Shown here: positions 56,619-64,000 of the stretch, piece after piece | How the letters are laid out: every line of letters begins with the position of its first letter | Position numbering within the stretch: the first letter of the stretch is position 1 | Program-made: the position numbers and the translations under genes | Notes under the pieces: model-generated | The model's input: only the letters and a program-made list of their open reading frames with translations | What the model was told of the DNA's origin: nothing | Databases searched by the model: none | Origin: Omnitrophica WOR_2 bacterium RIFOXYA2_FULL_38_17 | GTDB taxonomy: Bacteria > Omnitrophota > Gorgyraeia > Zapsychrales > Zapsychraceae | DNA: 64,000 nt | NCBI GenBank assembly: GCA_001805965.1 | Contig: MHHG01000075.1 | Coordinates: 8,826 to 72,825, forward strand | Reading direction: 5' to 3'

Positions 56619-57980
56619 TTATTTTTGTTCCCCAACTATCTTTCTTGCTTCACTGACAACAAACAACGATCCAGAAACCAATATAACCCCGTTAAGGCCA
56701 GCCTTTTCTTTTGCCAGGCTTAATGCCTCTTCAACATTTGACGTAACAAAACTCTCTTTATCCGGGAAATAACCCTTCAATTCTTCAGCTGTTATTTGAG
56801 CGCTCCTGGGATGAGCAGCTTTAGTAAAAACAACTTTGTTTACTGCTTTGCCTAACTGCCGGCAGATCGCAGCCTTATCTTTATCCTTAGAAAAACCCAG
56901 TATAAGAACTATTCTCTTTTTCGGAAGCAGCGTAATGGCCGTCTCCGCCAGTATCGCGCAAGAAGCTTCGTTATGCGCACCATCAAGAATGATCATTGGC
57001 TCTTCGCTAATAATTTCAAATCTCCCCGGCCAAAAGCATTCCTGTATTCCTTTATATACAGCTTCTGCACTTATTGCAAACCCAAATTTTTTTAAAGCTT
57101 GTACAACTCCTATCGCAGCTGCAGCATTATGTGCCTGATGCTTGCCAAGCAATCTCATTTTCAGATCCAAATACTTGCCTTCATTTATTGTCACATTAAA
57201 ACTTTGACCGCTTATTTCTTGACTGACAAGCTCTATTGCAATATCTCTTCCGACAACTAAAGGATCAATTGAATACTCCTTGGCGCGCTTTTCTATAACG
57301 TCTAAGGCCTTTTGTTCTTGCTTTGCTATAATAACGCCTTTCGTCCCTTCTTTGATAATCGCTGCTTTCTCTCTTGCAATGTCCGCAATATTGTCACCCA
57401 GGATCCTTGTATGTTCCAAACTTATTGGCGCAATAACAGCTACCAAAGATTCAACAGCATTGGTCGCATCAAGCCTGCCGCCAAGACCTGTCTCTAGAAC
57501 AGCTAGATCCACTTTTCTTTCTCTAAAATGAACCAGCGCAATGACAGTGAAGACCTCAAAAACACTCAAACGATCAATATCCTTTTTAATACAATACTCT
57601 TCAATAATGGGCTTTATGTCCTCTAAAATATCACAAAGGTCCTTTTCATTTATAACATCTGCGAACAAAGCCCCCCTCTTGACAGTTTCTGCGCGATCAA
57701 GGACCCTGATCCTTTCTAAAAAACTATATATATGCGGCGATGTGTATAAGCCGACAGTAAAACCTGCCTCCTTAAGGATAGAAGCCGTTATCGCACATAT
57801 AGACCCTTTGCCTTTGGACCCTGCAACATGTATTATCTTGTAATTATTTTGGGGATTATCCAGAAGAGCAAGGAGGTCTTTTACTCTATCTATCTTGAAG
57901 GAATTAGGCTGGACTTTATTAAGGTCAAATTCATAATTTATGAACGAATCAAGATATGTCTTTGCTTCATTATATTGCAT
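56619..57980 (-). CDS. folC: Folylpolyglutamate synthase/dihydrofolate synthase
   Basis: IHVAGSKGKGS, GLYTSPH, LETGLGGRLDATN, WPGRFE, LDGAHN, GSLFVV. Confidence 0.97.
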   Translation of the reverse strand: MQYNEAKTYLDSFINYEFDLNKVQPNSFKIDRVKDLLALLDNPQNNYKIIHVAGSKGKGSICAITASILKEAGFTVGLYTSPHIYSFLERIRVLDRAETVKRGALFADVINEKDLCDILEDIKPIIEEYCIKKDIDRLSVFEVFTVIALVHFRERKVDLAVLETGLGGRLDATNAVESLVAVIAPISLEHTRILGDNIADIAREKAAIIKEGTKGVIIAKQEQKALDVIEKRAKEYSIDPLVVGRDIAIELVSQEISGQSFNVTINEGKYLDLKMRLLGKHQAHNAAAAIGVVQALKKFGFAISAEAVYKGIQECFWPGRFEIISEEPMIILDGAHNEASCAILAETAITLLPKKRIVLILGFSKDKDKAAICRQLGKAVNKVVFTKAAHPRSAQITAEELKGYFPDKESFVTSNVEEALSLAKEKAGLNGVILVSGSLFVVSEARKIVGEQK

Positions 57981-58001
57981 CTTTTATCAATTACTAAATG
58001 A

Positions 58002-59561
58002 TCAATGTTTAAAATGTCTTGCTCCAGTAAGCACCATAGCAATATTTCTTTTATCCGCTGCCTCGATCACATCACTATCCGCAACAGAGCCGCCTGTCTG
58101 AATTACAGCTTTAATACCTGACTGGGCCGCAATTTCAATATTGTCCGTTTTTGGAATAAAAGCATCAGATATTAAAACAGAATTCTTCGCTTCCTTACCT
58201 GCCTTCGCAATAGCTATTTTAACACTTTCAACCCTTGATGTTTGTCCGCATCCAATACCAACAGCTTTGTTTCCCTTGACAAGGATGACAGCATTAGACT
58301 TTACATTCTTGATAACCTGCCAGCCAAACAACATTGATTCGACCTGCGCTTTAGTGGGTTTCTTTTTAGTAACGACTTTCAGGTCGTTCGGACGTATGGT
58401 CTTAATATCTTTTTCCTGAAGCAATAAACCGCCATGCACTTTTTTGAAATCAAAATCTCCGTCCTTGAGCTCATTTAAGTTGATCTCGATAAGCCTTAAA
58501 TTCTTTTTTGTTTTCAACATGTCCAGGGCGCCTTTAGCAAATCCCGGAGCTATTACGCATTCCATAAAGCCGCTTTTCATTATCAAAGCAGCCGTCTCTT
58601 CATCGACTTTTCTATTTAAACCAATGATGCCGCCAAAAGCTGATACAGGGTCACAGCCGTGAGCATATTTATATGCTTTTGAAAGTTCTTTGTCTGTTGC
58701 AATACCAGTAGGATTATTGTGCTTTATTATAACCGCTGCTGGCTCTTTAAAATCCTTAACAAATTCAAGGGCCGCATTAAGGTCCAGTATATTATTGTAG
58801 GATAGCTCTTTACCGCCAAGCTGTTTTATGTTAGCCAATCCGCAAGTAACATAAGAGCTCTTATAAAAAGCGGCAGCCTGATGAGGATTCTCCCCGTAAC
58901 GAAGGTCCTGAACCTTTGTATAATTTAAAGACACCTCCTTTGGAGTGCTGGAAAAGCTTTCCTCTCCCGATAACCTTTTATTCAAGAAAGAGGATATTAT
59001 GCCGTCGTACTTGGCGGTGTGTTCAAATGCCTCAACCGCCAGCTTGAACAAGAAAAAATCACTCAGTATTCCGCTATTAATATCCAATTGTTTAAGGACA
59101 TCTTCGTAGCGTGAAGGATTGCAGACAACAGCGACACTTTTGAAATTCTTTGCCGCAGACCTGAGCATTGAAGGCCCGCCAATATCAATATTCTCTATTG
59201 CTTCATCCATCGAAACATTTTTCTTTTTTATGACACTTTCAAAGGGGTAGAGATTAACAACCACCATATCGATCAGACCGATGCCATGTTTCTCTACCTG
59301 CTCCATGTGCTCTGGCTTTTCGCGAACCGCTAAAAGGCCTCCATGTATCTTGGGATGCAAGGTTTTTACTCTGCCGTCTAACATTTCAGGAAATCCGGTA
59401 TAATCGGAAACCTCTTGGACCGGAATGTCCATCTCTTTTATCTGGCGGGCTGTTCCTCCAGTAGAAATTATCTCAACTCCAAGAGCGTGCAAGCCCCTAA
59501 CAAAAACTTGCAAACCTTTTTTATCAGAAACACTAATTAAAGCCCTTTTTACTTTGATCAT
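58002..59561 (-). CDS. purH: Bifunctional AICAR transformylase/IMP cyclohydrolase
   Basis: ALISVSDK, GRVKTLHP, LRYGENPHQ, KHNNP.G, VKSNA, RHFKH. Confidence 0.99.
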   Translation of the reverse strand: MIKVKRALISVSDKKGLQVFVRGLHALGVEIISTGGTARQIKEMDIPVQEVSDYTGFPEMLDGRVKTLHPKIHGGLLAVREKPEHMEQVEKHGIGLIDMVVVNLYPFESVIKKKNVSMDEAIENIDIGGPSMLRSAAKNFKSVAVVCNPSRYEDVLKQLDINSGILSDFFLFKLAVEAFEHTAKYDGIISSFLNKRLSGEESFSSTPKEVSLNYTKVQDLRYGENPHQAAAFYKSSYVTCGLANIKQLGGKELSYNNILDLNAALEFVKDFKEPAAVIIKHNNPTGIATDKELSKAYKYAHGCDPVSAFGGIIGLNRKVDEETAALIMKSGFMECVIAPGFAKGALDMLKTKKNLRLIEINLNELKDGDFDFKKVHGGLLLQEKDIKTIRPNDLKVVTKKKPTKAQVESMLFGWQVIKNVKSNAVILVKGNKAVGIGCGQTSRVESVKIAIAKAGKEAKNSVLISDAFIPKTDNIEIAAQSGIKAVIQTGGSVADSDVIEAADKRNIAMVLTGARHFKH

Positions 59562-59582
59562 AAAACAATCCTCTCAAAAAAA

Positions 59583-59663
59583 TATGGCTTTGGTCTATTT
59601 GCCTTGTGCCAAGAGCCTTCTTCTCCCTAGCTCAAACACATAAGCTCATAGCCCAAAACCATA
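59583..59663. repeat. Imperfect inverted repeat built of heptamers (cargo-less relative of the prfB-secA element)
   Basis: TATGGCTTTGGTCTAT...GAGC pairs with GCTC...ATAGCCCAAAACCATA. Shares CTTTGGTCTATT with 19070-19081. Confidence 0.6.
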
Positions 59664-59680
59664 ATTTTTTAAAACAATAA

Positions 59681-59839
59681 TTATCTTTTCTTGCCTTTAT
59701 GTCTTTTCTTCTCGGAAGGCTTCAAATAGAATCTTCGTTCTTTAAGTTCCATCATAAAACCGTCTTTTTGACATGCTTTTTTAAAGATTCTCATAGCTTT
59801 TTCAAACTGATGAGAATCATGCACTTTTACTTCGATCAT
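59681..59839 (-). CDS. rpsU: 30S ribosomal protein S21
   Basis: MIEVKVHDSHQFEKAMRIFKKACQKDGFMMELKERRFYLKPSEKKR, 52 aa. Missed by the ORF track. AAGGTGG RBS. Confidence 0.95.
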   Translation of the reverse strand: MIEVKVHDSHQFEKAMRIFKKACQKDGFMMELKERRFYLKPSEKKRHKGKKR

Positions 59840-59990
59840 TAAACAATCACCACCTTATCTTTTCATTTTTATTATCAAACTTCGAATGTGCTATTATATT
59901 ATAGAATCTGTAAATGTAAACAAAAATAATCAGGCCATATTAAAATAATTATCAATTGGATTAAGGCCTAAAGAACACATAAAAATAATA

Positions 59991-61262
59991 TTACAAAGCC
60001 TTGCCTGGCAAGAAAACCGTAAAACCAACCATTATTAGTGTAAGCGTAATAATGATAAATACTGTGACCCAGGCAATAATATTTAGTCCTTTACTGTTAA
60101 CAAACTCACCCATTATGTCCTTATTGTTTATTAATCTGAGCATATAGATAAGTATAAACGGAAGCAAAACACCATTTCCTACCTGGGAAAAATACATAAC
60201 TTTAAAGAGAGGAAAATTCGGCAACAAAACAACTCCTGCGCCTATAATTATCATGGCGGCATACAACCAGAAAAACTGTGGTGCTTCCTCGAAACGCTTA
60301 TCAACGCCTGCGTCCCAGCCCAGCCCTTCGCAAATGCTATAAGCTGTTGAAAGAGGCAGAACTGATGCCGCAAATATAGACGCATTAAACAATCCAAAAG
60401 CAAAAAGCCAAGAAGCATAATTTCCTGCAAGAGGCTTTAAAGCCAAAGCAGCATCCTGCGCAGATTCAATCGTGATCCCCGCATGGAACATAGTAGCTGC
60501 ACAGGCAACAACAATAAAAAAAGCGATGATGGGCGCAATGATACATCCAGCTACAACATCTATCCTTAAATGCCTATACTCTTCAATGGTTACGCCTTTC
60601 TCAACGATCGATGACTGAAGATAGAACTGCATCCAAGGGGCGATCGTAGTCCCGACCAAACCAACAAGCATAACTGTATAATCAAGTGTCCAGTTAAAGC
60701 TAGGAGTAACCGTCTGTTTAAGAACATCGCTCCAATCCGGCTTTGCAATAAAACCTGAAATAACATATGCAACATAAAATAAGCAAGCGAACAAGAATAT
60801 CTTTTCCACCGACTTGTATGTGCCCTTAACGACAAGCATCCAGACAAAAAAAGCTGAGATCGGGACTGAAATGAACTTACTGATATGAAATATCTCCAAA
60901 CTGACGGCGATACCCGCAAACTCCGCCATCGCATTAGACAGGTTCACAAAAAACAAAGTAAGCATCATGTAGAACGTAACCTTTACACCATAATTCTCCC
61001 TAATAAGATCAGCCAATCCCTTACCCGTGGCAACGGCCATCCTTGCACACATCTCCTGGACAATAATCAATGCAATAGTAATCGGTATCAATGACCATAA
61101 CAAAGTATATCCAAAGTGCGCACCGGCCATCGAGTACGTAGCAATACCGCCAGCATCATTATCAACATTTGCTGTAATGATGCCCGGGCCCATAACCGCC
61201 AGAAACAAAAATACATGACGAGCTGCTTTGGAATTCCTGATTTTTGCAAACAATTGATCCAT
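59991..61262 (-). CDS. Nramp-family divalent metal transporter (NRMT-like)
   Basis: GPGIITANVDNDAGG, VQEM.AR....TG.GL, GTTIAPW. About 11 TM. Confidence 0.92.
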   Translation of the reverse strand: MDQLFAKIRNSKAARHVFLFLAVMGPGIITANVDNDAGGIATYSMAGAHFGYTLLWSLIPITIALIIVQEMCARMAVATGKGLADLIRENYGVKVTFYMMLTLFFVNLSNAMAEFAGIAVSLEIFHISKFISVPISAFFVWMLVVKGTYKSVEKIFLFACLFYVAYVISGFIAKPDWSDVLKQTVTPSFNWTLDYTVMLVGLVGTTIAPWMQFYLQSSIVEKGVTIEEYRHLRIDVVAGCIIAPIIAFFIVVACAATMFHAGITIESAQDAALALKPLAGNYASWLFAFGLFNASIFAASVLPLSTAYSICEGLGWDAGVDKRFEEAPQFFWLYAAMIIIGAGVVLLPNFPLFKVMYFSQVGNGVLLPFILIYMLRLINNKDIMGEFVNSKGLNIIAWVTVFIIITLTLIMVGFTVFLPGKAL

Positions 61263-61302
61263 TAGCAGAACACCCTTAATAAATTATAAAAACCTGCAAC
61301 CA

Positions 61303-62589
61303 TTAAATTTGATCCTTATATTTTTTCCAGGTCAACGTGATCAGCTCCTCCATAACGTCATCACTTGTGATAGCTCCCTGCAATATCCCGTCCTCATCAA
61401 GGACAGGAATTGAAGAAAACTTATATTTCTCCAACAACAAAGCTACCTCCTCCATACCGTCATCCAGCCTGACAAAAACATCACTCGGATAGCAAGCTTC
61501 CATTAACGGCCTTGATGGGTCTTTATTGATAAAATGCCTCAAAGATGTAATCCCTTTCAACGCATGCTTCTCATCAACTATATATATGTGGAATAAATTC
61601 CCGGGATAATCAACATTGTCCTTTATTTTCTGTATAGCATCCTTCACAAGAGCATCCGCCCCAAGATACAAATATTCAGTTGTCATTAAACCACCCGCTG
61701 TATCCTGCGCATAACCAAGAAGCATTCGAAGCTTCTTTGAAGTTTTTGAATGCATAAATCGCATCAACTGCTTGGTCTTCTCTTTTGGTAAATTATGAAG
61801 CAAATCCGTAGCCTCATCAGCTGGAATGTTTTCAAGCAGGTCACCTGCTTCCCTGTCTCCCAGGTGATCGACAAGCTCTTCTTTTTCTTGGATGGCCATA
61901 TCGGCAAAGACTTTTCTCTGAAGATCAACACTAAAGGTCTTGAACAAGGATAGTTTGTCAAAAACATCCAGGTCTTCCATAATATCTGCGAGCTCTGCCG
62001 CCGGGATCTTCGCCAACCGGTTACGGACGATATCCGAACGGATAACATTCTTTGTTCTTCCCAATGTCAGAACGTGCGTATTTTTCCAGGAGATCAACTC
62101 TTCCTGTTTAAGGTATTTCGCCTCTGGGGCAAAAAGCTTAACAATAAAATCAACAAACCCTGTCCATTCAAGCCTTCTTATAAGTCCTCGCAAACCAACA
62201 TCAACGTGCGCAAGGTAAAGCTGTCTATCAACCATCATCAAATGGACATCATTGACACGAACAACCTTCTGATCATTCATATCAACTACCTGCTGGTCAA
62301 GGATATCAAAACATAAAGAAAACTCAGGCCTTATACTATCTTTACTGTACTCCATCTTAGATCTATCAATATTCAGTTTTATTCTATATCCAACCCTCTT
62401 AATAACATTCAAATAGATCTTTGCATATTGCTTTTTAAAGACCCCTTTTTGAATAATGAAATATTCTGCCATCGGAAAGACAGCTTCGTTCAATCGCATT
62501 GAAATATCGCATACTTTCCCCGCATATTGTTTATTCTCGAAATAAACCTTTCTGCCTAAAAGCTCAGATAAATATGTAAATAGTTTCAT
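61303..62589 (-). CDS. Soluble MgtE-N/CBS domain protein with PRC-barrel N-terminus (no TM domain)
   Basis: LDQQVVD....KVVRVNDV, A.LADI.E.L, DEA.DLL, TAGGLMTTE, CBS pair ending IT.DDV. Confidence 0.88.
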   Translation of the reverse strand: MKLFTYLSELLGRKVYFENKQYAGKVCDISMRLNEAVFPMAEYFIIQKGVFKKQYAKIYLNVIKRVGYRIKLNIDRSKMEYSKDSIRPEFSLCFDILDQQVVDMNDQKVVRVNDVHLMMVDRQLYLAHVDVGLRGLIRRLEWTGFVDFIVKLFAPEAKYLKQEELISWKNTHVLTLGRTKNVIRSDIVRNRLAKIPAAELADIMEDLDVFDKLSLFKTFSVDLQRKVFADMAIQEKEELVDHLGDREAGDLLENIPADEATDLLHNLPKEKTKQLMRFMHSKTSKKLRMLLGYAQDTAGGLMTTEYLYLGADALVKDAIQKIKDNVDYPGNLFHIYIVDEKHALKGITSLRHFINKDPSRPLMEACYPSDVFVRLDDGMEEVALLLEKYKFSSIPVLDEDGILQGAITSDDVMEELITLTWKKYKDQI

Positions 62590-62631
62590 AAGAGAACCCT
62601 TCAACGCTATAGTACATACTTTTTAAATGCA

Positions 62632-63294
62632 CTATCTTCTTTTTAAAACACCATTTTTAGGGCAATATTTTTCTATCGAACAAATAGAACATAATGGGGA
62701 AATTGGCTTGCAGATATTTTGTCCCCAGACAACCAGTAGAGCATTATACTCAATCCAATGCTTTTTATCCAACTTTTTTCTTAAGACTTGCTCCGTATCA
62801 TTTGGAGAAACTGTTTTCACATATCCAAAACGATTTGATATCCTATGCACATGCGTATCAACGCATATGCCTAATTTTTTGTAACCTTCCGTTAACACTA
62901 AGTTTGCAGTTTTTCTTCCAACGCCCTTTAAAGTGAGAAGCTCGTCAAGGTTGTCAGGAACTTCTCCATCAAAATCTTCGATTATCGTTTTGCTAACATC
63001 TTTGATCCCGGCGGCTTTGCGCTTATAAAAGCCAACCGGGAATATGGTCTTTTCGATTAATTTTGTATCCAATGCCAGCAGCTCTTTGGGCGTTTTCGCC
63101 AGTTCAAATAATCTTTCCGATGCTGGAAGAGTGACTTCATCCTTTGTTCTTAAGCTTAACAGACATGATATCAAAACTAAGAACGGGCTGTTCCATTTCT
63201 TGCCTACCATAGTTACAGACGGCTCATTAAAATCTTTTATCTGGTCCTTAATAATAGAAATTACGTTACTAATATTTTTATTGTTAATCGTCAT
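62632..63294 (-). CDS. nth: Endonuclease III
   Basis: LLSLRTKD, GFYKRKA, LKGVGRKTAN (HhH), VDTHVHRI, C..(P.)C..C.....C iron-sulfur motif. Confidence 0.97.
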   Translation of the reverse strand: MTINNKNISNVISIIKDQIKDFNEPSVTMVGKKWNSPFLVLISCLLSLRTKDEVTLPASERLFELAKTPKELLALDTKLIEKTIFPVGFYKRKAAGIKDVSKTIIEDFDGEVPDNLDELLTLKGVGRKTANLVLTEGYKKLGICVDTHVHRISNRFGYVKTVSPNDTEQVLRKKLDKKHWIEYNALLVVWGQNICKPISPLCSICSIEKYCPKNGVLKRR

Positions 63295-63964
63295 CTTTTT
63301 TCAGTATTATCTTTTTTGGTATGCCGATGTCAGCAACCACTACCTTCCCAGAAAATTTTATTCCTTGCCCACACAACAAGCCTTTCTTTGGCAAGCTGAA
63401 AGTAACTGTTTTGTCAGCCTGCACACATATCCCGTAAACAGTGCCATTTGTTCCGTCTAATCCGGATGGTATATCAACAGAAACAACTTTCTTTGAGAAT
63501 TCATTTATTACTTCCACCGCCTCATAAAACGTACCAGCAAGGTCCCTGTTTAAACCTACGCCAAATATCGCATCGACAGTAACATCGGCCTTTTTAATTT
63601 CATCTATCATGGCCTTATTTACACTTTTAACTTCTGTTGCCTGGATATTTAATTTCCTGGCTATCTCGTAATTGATCTTTGCATCATTTTTCAGATTTTC
63701 GGATCCTCCCAGCATAAAGATCTTAACATCTGCATCCATCTCATTAAGATGCCTAGCCACAACCAAACCATCTCCCGCATTATTACCCGATCCGCAAACA
63801 ATAACAACTTTCGCTTTTTTATTCTTTGGAAGCATCCTTTTAACTTCTTGGGAAACCGCCCTTCCTGCATTTTCCATTAAGACAATGGACGCAATGCCAT
63901 ATTTGTTAATAGCAATGTCATCAATTTTCTGGACCTGCTTCACTGTTACAGAGCTTTTATTCAT
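63284..63964 (-). CDS. nnrE: NAD(P)H-hydrate epimerase (stand-alone YjeF-N)
   Basis: LMENAG, CGSGNNAGDG, VDAIFGVG, SVDIPSG, AD.TVTF, DIGIP. Confidence 0.93.
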   Translation of the reverse strand: MNKSSVTVKQVQKIDDIAINKYGIASIVLMENAGRAVSQEVKRMLPKNKKAKVVIVCGSGNNAGDGLVVARHLNEMDADVKIFMLGGSENLKNDAKINYEIARKLNIQATEVKSVNKAMIDEIKKADVTVDAIFGVGLNRDLAGTFYEAVEVINEFSKKVVSVDIPSGLDGTNGTVYGICVQADKTVTFSLPKKGLLCGQGIKFSGKVVVADIGIPKKIILKKDDD

Positions 63965-64000
63965 TTCCTTTCTCCGCTTTATGATCTTGTATTTGCTTTA

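Noticed and set aside
558-63460. Numerous 60-150 aa ORFs antisense to or nested within identified genes
   Set aside because: They overlap well-supported conserved genes and show no motifs or initiation signals, so they are treated as shadow ORFs.
63961-64000. 3' end of an upstream minus-strand gene
   Set aside because: Too short to assign frame or product.

Overview
AT-rich (roughly 38-40% GC by eye) chromosome segment of a diderm bacterium (lpxL, lnt, lptE, bamD). It is probably anaerobic (thiH, membrane pyrophosphatase). Gene content and protein style suggest Ca. Omnitrophota/PVC, which is an inference. Almost all genes lie on the minus strand and most are housekeeping: purN, hppA, secA, prfB (programmed +1 frameshift), uvrC, murJ, rpsT, holA, leuS, thiS/G/H/F, mnmG, mnmE, folC, purH, rpsU, nth and nnrE, plus tRNA-Thr(CGT) and tRNA-Phe(GAA). 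The main points of interest are: (1) a 12-kb block between mnmE and mnmG with two PilZ genes, a sugar ABC transporter lacking an ATPase, a clan GH-A hydrolase, a protein built from an uncharacterised Trp-rich repeat, a putative carbohydrate-binding lipoprotein, a coiled-coil protein and LacI; (2) a decayed four-helix-bundle gene enclosed by heptamer-built inverted repeats between prfB and secA, with an apparent cargo-less relative between rpsU and purH; (3) a ~160-nt rod-like RNA co-transcribed with tRNA-Phe; (4) a 27-aa bL37-like ORF missed by the ORF track; (5) apparently leaderless transcripts. No CRISPR array, rRNA, integrase or transposase was seen.
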